Under the pieces are notes generated by a model. The model was not told where the DNA came from. It did no database searches and worked only from the letters and a program-made list of their open reading frames with translations. Of a DNA stretch of 55,675 bases, positions 18,700 to 27,666 are shown in pieces. Positions within the stretch are counted from its first letter, which is position 1, and each line of letters starts with the position of its first letter. Position numbers and translations under genes: made by a program. Source of the DNA: an uncultured Azospirillum sp. (lineage in GTDB: Bacteria; Pseudomonadota; Alphaproteobacteria; Rickettsiales; UBA3002); the NCBI GenBank assembly GCA_964652475.1, contig CAZZCK010000003.1, forward strand, positions 3,503-59,177. Direction: 5' to 3'.

Positions 18700-20268
18700 A
18701 TGAATGTTTCCCTCCAATCGAACCCAAAAACCGTCCTGCTTGCCGACGACGATGCGGCGATCCTGACGGTGCTCAGCCGTGCCATGAAGCAAGCCGGTTA
18801 CACCGTGATGGCGAGCGATACCATTTCCGACATTGATGCCTGGGTGGCGCAAGGCCTGGGCGACGCCGTGGTGACGGATGTTACCATGCCGCGTGGTAAT
18901 GGGCTCGACGGCCTCGCCCGCTGGCGGATGAAACGCCCCGAGATGCCGGTGATCGTGATGAGTGCGCATAACACGCTGCTCAATGCCGCCAAGGCGCAGG
19001 AGCTGGGCGCGGTGACGTTTTTGCCCAAGCCGTTTGATCTTGAGGTGCTCATGGGGGCACTTGAGCGAGTCGTCAGTCATCCGTCCTTAGGTGTTAGTAA
19101 CCATCCTCACGACTCACGACTCACGACTGACGACTCAGAGGGCATGGTGCGTATCAGCGACGACCTCGTGTTAGTCGGCAAATCAGCGGCCATGAAACAG
19201 GTATTCGCCACCCTCGCCAAGCTGATCGGGAATGATCTGACTGTGCTCATCCGTGGCGAAAGTGGTACGGGCAAGGAGCGCGTGGCCCAGGCGTTGCATG
19301 CCTTATCGCGCCGCAAAGCCAAGCCGTTTGTGGCCCTCAATATGGCCGCCATCCCGCGTGAGCTGATTGAGTCGGCCCTGTTTGGTCACGAGAAAGGTGC
19401 CTTCACCGGCGCGCACAGTAAACAGATCGGCGCTTTCGAGCAAGCGATGGGCGGCACGCTGTTTCTCGATGAAATTGGCGATATGCCGATGGAGGCGCAG
19501 ACACGCCTGTTGCGCGTGCTGCAGGAGCAACAGGTGACCCCCATCGGCGCCACGAAAGCGATTCCGACCGATGTGCGGGTGATCGCCGCCACCCACCGCG
19601 ATCTGGCGGCGCTGGTCGCGCGTGGTGACTTCCGCGAAGATCTCTATTTCCGGCTGCATGTGGTGCCGCTGGCCTTGCCTGCACTACGCGCGCATGTCGA
19701 GGATATCCCGCTGCTGGTCGATTATTTTATGGGCCTTGCCAGCCGCCGCGGTTTGCGCGCCAAAACGCTCGATCAGGCGGCAATGGCCGAGCTCATGGCT
19801 CATTCATGGCCGGGCAATGTGCGCGAGCTGGAGCATCTCATCTATCGTCTGTGCGCGCTCGTCAGCCATGAGCGGGTGACCGGCGACGATGTGCTCGCCG
19901 TGCTTGCCCCGAGCCCACCGCTCGCGCTGGCGGTGGCGGATGGGCGGCCAAGCGAAGGGCTAACCCTGCACCGTACCAATGCGAGCGTGACCAGCGAGCG
20001 CAATCTTGGTACCGTGATCGAGGCATGGCTTGCCACCCAGATCGACGGCTACTTCGCCGCTTATGGCGATGCCTTACCACCGCCAGGCCTTTACGACCGG
20101 CTGCTGATGCGCCTCGAGAAACCCTTGATTACCGCAACGCTTCGCGCGACGGCGGGTAACCAGATCAAGGCCGCTGAGATACTCGGCATCAACCGCAACA
20201 CGCTGCGCAAAAAAATGCGTCTGCTTGCGATCAGCGCCAAATCACTGATGCTGAAAGACGCGGCGTGA
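18700..20268 (+). CDS. ntrC: Sigma-54-dependent response regulator NtrC (nitrogen regulation protein NR(I))
   Basis: NtrC-type receiver (VVTDVTMP, VIVMSAHNT, LPKPFDL), AAA+ with GESGTGKE and GAFTGA, C-terminal Fis-type HTH (GNQIKAAEILGINRNTLRKKM). Start moved to MNVSLQ at ATG 18700. Confidence 0.9.
   Translation: MNVSLQSNPKTVLLADDDAAILTVLSRAMKQAGYTVMASDTISDIDAWVAQGLGDAVVTDVTMPRGNGLDGLARWRMKRPEMPVIVMSAHNTLLNAAKAQELGAVTFLPKPFDLEVLMGALERVVSHPSLGVSNHPHDSRLTTDDSEGMVRISDDLVLVGKSAAMKQVFATLAKLIGNDLTVLIRGESGTGKERVAQALHALSRRKAKPFVALNMAAIPRELIESALFGHEKGAFTGAHSKQIGAFEQAMGGTLFLDEIGDMPMEAQTRLLRVLQEQQVTPIGATKAIPTDVRVIAATHRDLAALVARGDFREDLYFRLHVVPLALPALRAHVEDIPLLVDYFMGLASRRGLRAKTLDQAAMAELMAHSWPGNVRELEHLIYRLCALVSHERVTGDDVLAVLAPSPPLALAVADGRPSEGLTLHRTNASVTSERNLGTVIEAWLATQIDGYFAAYGDALPPPGLYDRLLMRLEKPLITATLRATAGNQIKAAEILGINRNTLRKKMRLLAISAKSLMLKDAA
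19087..19135. repeat. Heptamer repeats inside the ntrC linker: TTAGGTG TTAGTAA then (CACGACT)x3 + GACGACT
   Basis: Read directly. Encodes LGVSNHPHDSRLTTDDS between the receiver and AAA+ domains. Confidence 0.75.
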
Positions 20269-22448
20269 TCACGATGGTCGATCATCCAGCCACTCCCGCA
20301 CGCTCCTTCATGAAGGAGGCCCGCGCCCATTACCGTATGCCCGCCGGCAAGTGGCTGGGGGGAATTTTGCTGCTGCTGTTTTTTGGCTTAGTGGCGCTGG
20401 TGCTGAAAGCCGATCAGGCGTATTTCGGCAGTGTCTCGCCCAAACGCACGGTGCTGCTCGTGTTGCTCGACCTCACCGCCATGCTGATCCTGATGGTCAC
20501 CATCGTCCAATACCGCGCCCGGCGGCTCTGGAGCCGTGCCCATGACGGGGTACTTGGCACCCGGCTGCAATCGCGCATTATCGTCATGTTTACCGCGATC
20601 GCGATTATCCCCACCGTGATTGTTGCAAGCTTCTCGATCTTGTTTTTCAATGTCGGTATCAAATCCTGGTTCGATCATCAGGTCAGCGGCGCGCTTGAAG
20701 GCTCGGTCGAAGTCGCTACCGCCTATGTCGAGGAGCGAAAAGAAGCGATCCGCACCGACGCGCTCGCCGTGGGCGCGGCGATTCAGGCTAACCAGATCGA
20801 GGCCTTCGCTAACCCACTCAACCTGACACAATTTCTCACCACCCAAATCAACGCGCGTAACTTATCCGAGGCGATTGTGTTCGATCGGCAGCGCGTTCTG
20901 GCGCGTACGGCCCTCAGCTTCTCGCTCATTTTCGAGCAGTTCCCGGAGGAAGTATTAGCGCGCGCCGATAGCGGCCAAGTGGCGGTATTCAGCGACAATC
21001 AGGATAAAATTGTTGGCGTAGTGCGCATCAGCCCGGTCTACGGTCACTATTTAATGGTGTCGCGCGTGGTGGCGCCCAATGTTGTGGCGCATATGCAAAC
21101 GGCACGCAGCACGGTCAGCGAATATCATCGGTTACAAACCGATTTGGCGACCTTGCAGCAGCAGTTCTTTGTCGTCTTCATCCTGATTGCATTGTTGATT
21201 TTGCTCACCGCCTTATGGGCCGGGATTTTGCTTGCCGTGCGCCTGATCGAGCCATTGCGCGCGCTAATGGCGGCGACCGAACATGTGCGCGGGGGTGACT
21301 ATGCCGTGCGTGTCCCCGAAGGCCGCAGCGACGACGAGATCGCCAATCTGGGCCGCACCTTCAACCGTATGACCGGCCAGCTCGAATCCACCCGCCGCGA
21401 TTTGATCGAGGCCAACCGCCTGGCGGATGAACGCCGCCGCTTTACCGAAGCGGTGCTGCTTGGGGTCTCCGCCGGGGTGATCGCGCTCGATCTCAACCAT
21501 CGGGTCAACCTGCATAACCGCACCGCGCTCGAGCTATTGGGGCATGCCACCAGCATCAACGGTACCGAAATTGCGCGCGTTCTGCCCGGGGTCGAGCCAT
21601 TATTGCGCGAGGCCGAGGCCCGGCCCGAGCGCGTGGTCAGCGGCCAGCTCGTGGTCGATGTGGGCGAAAAGCGCGTCACCTTGCATGTGCAGGTCACGGC
21701 CGAACGCTTCGCCGAGGTGATCGAAAAATACATCGTCACCTTCGATGATATCACCGCCCTGGTGTCGGCCCAGCGCACTGCCGCTTGGGCGGATGTGGCG
21801 CGGCGCATTGCCCATGAAATTAAAAACCCGCTGACGCCGATCACCCTCTCGGCCGAGCGCTTACGCAAAAAATTCCGCGACGCCATAGGTGCGCAAGAGC
21901 AAGAAAGTTTCGATAAATACCTCGATACCATCGCCCGGCATACCCGCGATATTGGCCATATGGTCGAGGAGTTTGTCGCCTATGCGCGCCTACCCAGTTC
22001 GGTATTTCGCACGGCCGATCTGGTGTTGGTGGTGCGCAAAACCATCTTTTCCGCGCAGACATCCTATCCGCAGGTGCGTTTCTCAAGCCAGATCAGTGCG
22101 CCAACATTGGCTTTCCTTTGCGACGAGGCGCAGCTTGGCCAGGCCTTGCTTAACCTGCTGAAAAATGCTGCCGAGGCCTTGGAAAACGCCCCCGAGAAAC
22201 AGGTGACCGTGACACTCGATGCGACCGCAAGCGCCATCACCCTCACTGTCGAGGATACCGGGCCGGGCTTTCCAGCCGACCAGATGGCACGCCTGACCGA
22301 GCCGTATGTCACCACCCGCGCCAAAGGTACCGGGCTTGGCCTGGCCATCGTCAAGCGCAGCGTCGAGGAGCATAAAGGCACGCTGACCCTGAGCAACGCC
22401 GAGCATGGTGGCGCGCGGGTGACCATCCAGTTTCCGCTTGTGGCCTAG
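20265..22448 (+). CDS. ntrY: NtrY-type membrane sensor histidine kinase (TM-HAMP-PAS-HisKA-HATPase)
   Basis: N-terminal TM segments, H-box AHEIKNPLTPI, G-boxes DTGPGF / GTGLGL. GTG 20265 overlaps the ntrC TGA (GTGA). An alternative ATG is at 20274. Confidence 0.88.
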   Translation: MITMVDHPATPARSFMKEARAHYRMPAGKWLGGILLLLFFGLVALVLKADQAYFGSVSPKRTVLLVLLDLTAMLILMVTIVQYRARRLWSRAHDGVLGTRLQSRIIVMFTAIAIIPTVIVASFSILFFNVGIKSWFDHQVSGALEGSVEVATAYVEERKEAIRTDALAVGAAIQANQIEAFANPLNLTQFLTTQINARNLSEAIVFDRQRVLARTALSFSLIFEQFPEEVLARADSGQVAVFSDNQDKIVGVVRISPVYGHYLMVSRVVAPNVVAHMQTARSTVSEYHRLQTDLATLQQQFFVVFILIALLILLTALWAGILLAVRLIEPLRALMAATEHVRGGDYAVRVPEGRSDDEIANLGRTFNRMTGQLESTRRDLIEANRLADERRRFTEAVLLGVSAGVIALDLNHRVNLHNRTALELLGHATSINGTEIARVLPGVEPLLREAEARPERVVSGQLVVDVGEKRVTLHVQVTAERFAEVIEKYIVTFDDITALVSAQRTAAWADVARRIAHEIKNPLTPITLSAERLRKKFRDAIGAQEQESFDKYLDTIARHTRDIGHMVEEFVAYARLPSSVFRTADLVLVVRKTIFSAQTSYPQVRFSSQISAPTLAFLCDEAQLGQALLNLLKNAAEALENAPEKQVTVTLDATASAITLTVEDTGPGFPADQMARLTEPYVTTRAKGTGLGLAIVKRSVEEHKGTLTLSNAEHGGARVTIQFPLVA

Positions 22449-22477
22449 CGGTGGTAGGAGCCGTGCTCGAAAATCCC

Positions 22478-22506
22478 TTGACTTGCCCGCCCGCGCATGC
22501 TGTATC
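22478..22506 (+). promoter_or_regulatory. Possible sigma-70 promoter of tRNA-Glu (TTGACT-17 nt-TGTATC)
   Basis: Good -35 hexamer at 22478-22483, 17-nt spacer and a weak -10, about 35 nt upstream of the tRNA. Confidence 0.3.
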
Positions 22507-22540
22507 AGCCCCCTGTTTTGGCGGCGCATGCGCCATCCAT

Positions 22541-22615
22541 GGCCCCTTCGTCTAGTGGTTAGGACGCCTCCCTTTCACGGAGGTAGCACGAGTTCGAATC
22601 TCGTAGGGGTCACCA
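22541..22615 (+). tRNA. tRNA-Glu (anticodon UUC)
   Basis: GGCCCCTTCGTCTAGTGGTTAGGAC...CCCTTTCACGGAGG...GTTCGAATCTCGTAGGGGTCACCA folds as a cloverleaf. Anticodon loop CTTTCAC and encoded CCA. Confidence 0.93.
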
Positions 22616-23537
22616 TTTCTTCAAAATGAAGAAAATCGCTTAATATCCATTATAATTCAGCATTCTAATTAGTTCGCAAGCCGAGCCTATTGGCGCGGTT
22701 CTTTTCTTTAATTTTCTCGGTTAACTTGCCCATAGTGCTGTCTTCAAAGCTAGTGACTACTGCATGAAAACCTTTGGGGTGCATTCTTACTCCAGCCGGT
22801 AGAGATGTATGAGCTTGGCCGACTTTTATAATAACCTCAAAACCAGCCATAATTATTGAATAGCATTTTAGTCCCCCGCGTTTTGTTTTTCGTGGGTACA
22901 AAATAGATTTCTCATATCCCATGCCAACTTTGGGCGGTTCCCATGTTGCCAGCATTATTTGATACAGGTCTTCATCGGCAATTCTTTTGCTCAATATCAT
23001 GCCTTTTATTGAGTCTTCATACTTACCCAACTGAATAGTAGAAAATTGAGAAAGACTACTGATAGAGGCACGCCATAGAACAGAGAGCAGAAATATTTTC
23101 AGCTTCGCATAATCTATTTGAGCAATGGGGATGTGCGCGACTTCTCGCCCAGAAGATGCTATGCCTCGTTTAATTTGCTTTTGGAAATCTTGAGCGAAAA
23201 ATTCTTTTGCATACCTATCATATGGCCCGAGCCTCTTATTGTCGCAATCGCTGCACAGTATATTGGGATCTTTATATCCATCTTGAACCTTCTGCGATTT
23301 TGTGCCTCCGGCAATTTGAAAGAGATGGTTTTCCTCTTTGATATATTCAATCGCCCACTTGGGGATGATATGGGCTTTAATCAGTTTTTTAGGCTGGTCA
23401 CAAAGCTTACAAATTTGTATCACGCGATCCTCACTAAATATGGCTTTAAGCCTATAACTTGTAGCTGCGATTGTCGATTGGTGCGTATCTCCTCTAACCT
23501 CTTAATTAGTTCGCGTTCGGTCGCGTAGGGGTCACCA
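22616..23537. mobile_element. Integrase-less 0.9-kb islet inserted at the 3' end of tRNA-Glu, bounded by a repeat of the tRNA 3' end
   Basis: cgtaggggtcacca (22602-22615) recurs exactly at 23524-23537, preceded by a degenerate T-arm copy (agttcgcgttcgg). A second 12-bp direct repeat taattagttcgc sits at 22666-22677 and 23503-23514. The interior is AT-rich. Confidence 0.55.
22665..23423 (-). CDS. Hypothetical protein with N-terminal CxxC...H...CxxC(D/N) His-Me/HNH-like motif
   Basis: CKLCDQPKKLIKAHIIPKW ... NILCSDCDNKRLG resembles HNH_5-type zinc-finger nucleases. The C-terminal ~170 aa are unrecognised. Confidence 0.55.
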   Translation of the reverse strand: MIQICKLCDQPKKLIKAHIIPKWAIEYIKEENHLFQIAGGTKSQKVQDGYKDPNILCSDCDNKRLGPYDRYAKEFFAQDFQKQIKRGIASSGREVAHIPIAQIDYAKLKIFLLSVLWRASISSLSQFSTIQLGKYEDSIKGMILSKRIADEDLYQIMLATWEPPKVGMGYEKSILYPRKTKRGGLKCYSIIMAGFEVIIKVGQAHTSLPAGVRMHPKGFHAVVTSFEDSTMGKLTEKIKEKNRANRLGLRTN

Positions 23538-23643
23538 AACTAAAAACCTCCCGCAAGCGGTCACCTTCTACCAGCCTCACCGCTTGCCTCACTTGCGCTT
23601 ATCCCGAAAACCCATTACATGCGAAGCAAAGCAGGGGGGATAT

Positions 23644-23979
23644 ATGCGTGAGCGGCTGATTGCAAAGGTAACGCAGGGCATGTCGCGGCTGATCGGTGAG
23701 GAGCACCGCCGCAAAGCCCAGGCCGCGGCGGCGGATGTTCATGCCGCGTTTACCGAGCATCCGCGCCTGACGGGCGAGACCTATCTCGAGCATTTATGGT
23801 TCACCCTCACCATGTCGGCGCGCTTTATTTACGTGACCATCGTGCTCACCATCCATGGCCTGTTTCCCTTCCTGCTCACCCGCGCCGCCAGCCGCCAGAT
23901 CGAGGTGGTGTATGCGATCATGAAAACCCGCATCCCCAAAGCGCGGCGCGACGCGATCGACCTCGATTACAGCGTCTAG
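23644..23979 (+). CDS. Small membrane protein, DUF6356-like
   Basis: FTEHPRLTGETYLEHLWFTLTMSARF...HGLFPFLLTRAASRQI matches my recollection of DUF6356. Start moved to ATG 23644. Confidence 0.55.
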   Translation: MRERLIAKVTQGMSRLIGEEHRRKAQAAAADVHAAFTEHPRLTGETYLEHLWFTLTMSARFIYVTIVLTIHGLFPFLLTRAASRQIEVVYAIMKTRIPKARRDAIDLDYSV

Positions 23980-23982
23980 CGC

Positions 23983-25308
23983 ATGCAGCATATTGGCATC
24001 GTCGGTTTTGGTTTTGCAGGCCTCATGGTGGCGGCTAACCTGGTGCGTCGCGCGTCGGAGCCGATGACGCTCTACGTCATCGATGAACGGTTGGAGGGGC
24101 TTGGCGTGGCCTACAGTACCCGCAACCCCGAGCATTTGCTCAATGTGGTGGCCGGGCGCATGAGCGCCTTTGCCGATGCGCCGGATGATTTTATCAAATG
24201 GCTAGCGGGTGCGGATGCGGCGCGTGCCAAGCAAACGCTTGGGCTCGGTGCGGTACGTTATAGCGCCGAGGATTTCGTGCCACGCGCGCTGTATGGGGCG
24301 TATCTGCAATCGATCTGGCGTGAAACGCAGGAACTGGCGGCGCAAAAAAAACTCGTGATTAAACTGGTGCCAAGTACAGCGGTGGCGCTCGAGCCATCAC
24401 CACTCGCGGCGCTCACCGCGCGTGGGGATGCGATTGCGCTTGATCGCATCGTGCTCGCGACCGGCAACGAAAATAAGCCATTGCCTCTGCCGCCGGGTGC
24501 GCCGATTATTCAAGACCCCTGGGCGGATGGGGCGATGGATGGCGTGAGCGCGCTTACTGTCCCGGTGGTTTTAATCGGCACCGGTTTAACGTCGGTGGAT
24601 ACGCTGCTGTCGCTGCGCCGCCACGGCTATGTGGGCGAAATTATTGCGGGGTCGTTGCGCGGGTTATGGCCGCAAGTGCATGCGGATATCCGCAGCATGT
24701 TTGCATTCGATACCGAGCAATTATTCGCGCAAAAAACCCTGCGCGAGCTACTGCGCTTTGTGCGCCGCATGATCGCTAAGCACCAGGCCGATGGCGGCGA
24801 TTGGCGGGCCGTGATCGATGCGTTGCGCCCGCATAGTCAGGCGCTGTGGGTGCGCGCCGGCACCGCCGATCAGCGACGCTTTCTGCGCCATGTCATGACC
24901 TATTGGAGCACGCATCGCCACCGGATGGCCCCCGAGATTGCCACGCGTATTGAGGCGGAAATTGCTGCAGGTACGTTGCGCAGCATTTCACGTGGCGCGT
25001 TGCAGCAATTTTTGCAGCACGGCGCAGCGTCACGCATTTATAATTGCACCGGGCCGCAGCTTAACCTGCAACAATCGCGTGATCCGCTATGGCGGCAGAT
25101 GCTCGCCGAAAGCATGGTCGAGCCGCACGTGACTTGTATCGGGATTGCGGCCGATACGCATTATCGGCCCTGGGGAAATTTGTACACCAACCTTTATGCA
25201 ATTGGCAGTATGATGACTGGCCAATGGTTGGAATCCACTGCCGTGCCGGAGCTAAGGGCGCAGGCAGCGCGCATTGCTGAGAGCCTGCTTCAGCCCGCAC
25301 GGCCTTGA
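23983..25308 (+). CDS. FAD/NAD(P)-binding domain protein (PF13454-like)
   Basis: N-terminal dinucleotide-binding motif IGIVGFGFAG and a second GTGLTSVD motif. 441 aa. Confidence 0.75.
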   Translation: MQHIGIVGFGFAGLMVAANLVRRASEPMTLYVIDERLEGLGVAYSTRNPEHLLNVVAGRMSAFADAPDDFIKWLAGADAARAKQTLGLGAVRYSAEDFVPRALYGAYLQSIWRETQELAAQKKLVIKLVPSTAVALEPSPLAALTARGDAIALDRIVLATGNENKPLPLPPGAPIIQDPWADGAMDGVSALTVPVVLIGTGLTSVDTLLSLRRHGYVGEIIAGSLRGLWPQVHADIRSMFAFDTEQLFAQKTLRELLRFVRRMIAKHQADGGDWRAVIDALRPHSQALWVRAGTADQRRFLRHVMTYWSTHRHRMAPEIATRIEAEIAAGTLRSISRGALQQFLQHGAASRIYNCTGPQLNLQQSRDPLWRQMLAESMVEPHVTCIGIAADTHYRPWGNLYTNLYAIGSMMTGQWLESTAVPELRAQAARIAESLLQPARP

Positions 25309-25526
25309 TAGGCAAAGCGTGGACGGGTCACCCCATTTATCACTACTTGCTCCTCGAACATCGCGCGTGGACGGACCCAGAATCTGCCATCCGGATTGTC
25401 GTAGAGGCACTCGTAATGCACCAGCTCTTCGAGCGTTTCGCTATGGCGCACCACGCCCAGCACGCGGTAGGGCTTGCCTTTGTAATGTTCGTAAAGCCCA
25501 CCAATGACCAGGGATGAATCTTGCAT
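25290..25526 (-). CDS. DUF1653 domain protein
   Basis: GGLYEHYKGKPYRVLGVVRHSETLEELVHYECLY...FWVRPRAMF is the DUF1653 pattern. Start uncertain (25526 or 25565). Confidence 0.8.
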   Translation of the reverse strand: MQDSSLVIGGLYEHYKGKPYRVLGVVRHSETLEELVHYECLYDNPDGRFWVRPRAMFEEQVVINGVTRPRFAYQGRAG

Positions 25527-25588
25527 ATTACGTTCCAATCGAGCGCAGTAGCGCGAGTCAGCCATGAGCCCACGAAGTAGCGCGCAAA

Positions 25589-25606
25589 GTTGGTCAGTAG
25601 ACCAAC
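25589..25606. terminator. Short palindromic hairpin gttggtc-agta-gaccaac downstream of typA
   Basis: 7-bp stem read directly. Only a 3-T run follows on the minus strand, so this is a weak terminator candidate. Confidence 0.25.
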
Positions 25607-25622
25607 CTGGAGCAAACCAATA

Positions 25623-27443
25623 CTAAGCGCTTTTCGCCTTTTCCATGCGCTTGCGTAAATTGGGGTCGAGGAATCGTTTGCGCAGGCGGATATTTTTCGG
25701 CGTCACCTCGATCAGCTCGTCTTCTTCGATATAGGCGATCGCCTGTTCGAGGGTGGGAATGCGCGGCGGGGTGAGCCGCACGGCTTCGTCCTTCGATGTG
25801 GTACGAATGTTGGTGAGCTGCTTGGCTTTCAGCGCGTTGACTTCCAAATCGTTATCGCGGCTATGCTGGCCGATAATCATACCTTCATAGATGCGCACAC
25901 CGGCCGGGATAATCAAAAAGCCGCGCTCCTCAAGGCCCCAGAGTGCGTATTCCACCGCGACTCCGGTGGCGTTTGAAATCAGCACACCGTTGCGGCGGCC
26001 GGCGATATCGCCCTTATAGGGGCCATAGCCGGTGAAGATGCGGCTGAGCACGCCCGAACCACGGGTATCGGTCATGAATTCACCCTGATAGCCGATCATC
26101 CCGCGTGAGGGCATGACAAATTTCATGCGCAATTTACCGCCGCTTGACGGCCGCATTTCGGTCATATTGCCCTTACGCATCGAAAGTTTTTCAACGACAA
26201 TACCTGAAAATGCCTCATCCACATCGACTTGTACTTCTTCCATGGGTTCTTCGCGGTTGCCGGATTCATCCTCACGAAACAGCACGCGCGGGCGGCTTAC
26301 TGAAAGCTCGAAGCCTTCGCGGCGCATGGTTTCAATGAGCACGCCGAGCTGCAATTCACCACGGCCACCGACTTCAAATGCATCGGCGGTTTCGGTTTCC
26401 TTCACGCGAATGGCGACGTTCGATTCCGCCTCTTTGAAGAGGCGATCGCGGATCATGCGGCTCGTCACTTTGCTGCCTTCGGTGCCGGCCAGCGGCGAAT
26501 CATTGACACCGATGGTGATCGCCATGGTCGGCGGATCAATGGGGATCGCGCGCAGCGGGGATTGTAGCTCGATCGCCCCCACGGTATCGGCCACCGTGGT
26601 CTCGCTCAAGCCCGCGATGGAGACGATCGAGCCGGCGGGCGCTTCGCTCACCGGGTTGCGCTCGATGCCATCGAAGGACAGTAATTTCGTGATGCGGCCT
26701 TGCTCGATCACGCTGCCATCGAGGCGAATACCTTTGACCGGCATGCCGACGCGTGCGGTGCCCGACTCGATTTTTCCGGTGAGCACGCGGCCGAGGAAAT
26801 TATCGGACTCAATCAGGGTGACGAGAAACGCGAAGGTCGCGTCGGTATCCACGTCCGGCTCCTCGACATAGCGCACGACCTCGTCCATAATCACGTGCAA
26901 ATTCTCGCGCGGATCGTTCAGGTCCTTCACCGCCCAGCCATTGCGGCCCGAGGCGTAGATGACGGGGAAATCGAGTTGCGCGTCGTTCGCATCAAGCGCC
27001 ACGAACAAATCAAACACTTCGTTGAGCACTTCATCGACGCGCGCATCCGGGCGGTCAACCTTGTTGATGACGACAATCGGGCGCAGGCCCAGGGCGAGTG
27101 CTTTCATCAGCACGAATTTGGTTTGCGGCATCGGGCCTTCGGCGGCATCGACCAACACCAGCACACCATCGACCATGCCCAAAATACGCTCCACCTCACC
27201 GCCAAAATCGGCGTGGCCCGGCGTATCAATGATGTTAATGCGGGTGTTTTTCCACTGAATACTCGTGCATTTGGCGAGAATGGTAATGCCGCGCTCTTTC
27301 TCAAGGTCGTTGCTATCCATCACCCGCTCTTCGACGCGCTGATTGTCGCGGAAGGTGCCGGCCTGACGCAGCATCACGTCGATGAGGGTGGTTTTGCCGT
27401 GATCCACGTGGGCGATGATAGCGATGTTGCGAAGCTCGGTCAT
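25623..27443 (-). CDS. typA: Translational GTPase TypA/BipA
   Basis: 606 aa. G-motifs AHVDHGKTT, DTPGHADF, NKVD. EF-G-like domain order. Confidence 0.95.
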   Translation of the reverse strand: MTELRNIAIIAHVDHGKTTLIDVMLRQAGTFRDNQRVEERVMDSNDLEKERGITILAKCTSIQWKNTRINIIDTPGHADFGGEVERILGMVDGVLVLVDAAEGPMPQTKFVLMKALALGLRPIVVINKVDRPDARVDEVLNEVFDLFVALDANDAQLDFPVIYASGRNGWAVKDLNDPRENLHVIMDEVVRYVEEPDVDTDATFAFLVTLIESDNFLGRVLTGKIESGTARVGMPVKGIRLDGSVIEQGRITKLLSFDGIERNPVSEAPAGSIVSIAGLSETTVADTVGAIELQSPLRAIPIDPPTMAITIGVNDSPLAGTEGSKVTSRMIRDRLFKEAESNVAIRVKETETADAFEVGGRGELQLGVLIETMRREGFELSVSRPRVLFREDESGNREEPMEEVQVDVDEAFSGIVVEKLSMRKGNMTEMRPSSGGKLRMKFVMPSRGMIGYQGEFMTDTRGSGVLSRIFTGYGPYKGDIAGRRNGVLISNATGVAVEYALWGLEERGFLIIPAGVRIYEGMIIGQHSRDNDLEVNALKAKQLTNIRTTSKDEAVRLTPPRIPTLEQAIAYIEEDELIEVTPKNIRLRKRFLDPNLRKRMEKAKSA

Positions 27444-27454
27444 AAATAATTCAG

Positions 27455-27470
27455 TAGGTTAGAGGTTCTG
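27455..27470. repeat. Two heptamer units TAGGTTA GAGGTTC(TG) 12 nt upstream of the typA start
   Basis: Read directly. Same GGTT-type unit as 1278-1305. Confidence 0.45.
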
Positions 27471-27666
27471 CGGCAGGCGTCATCCGCCCATGGTGCGCCG
27501 CAATAGATGAAATTCGTGCACTTGGCTAGTCTTTTGTACGAATTTTGGGCCTGTGTGCGCATATTCATCGCGCAGCGGCGATGTGGGGGATCGACGCCAC
27601 CTAAAATCTTGGTAATTTTGTGCGCAAGCATGCTTCAAAGCTTGACGTGAAGGGCCTGATCGCGCT

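Noticed and set aside
22616-22634. AT-only hairpin TTTCTTCA-AAA-TGAAGAAA directly after tRNA-Glu as an intrinsic terminator.
   Set aside because: The stem is entirely A/T and therefore weak, and no T-run follows on either strand. It may simply be part of the islet boundary.
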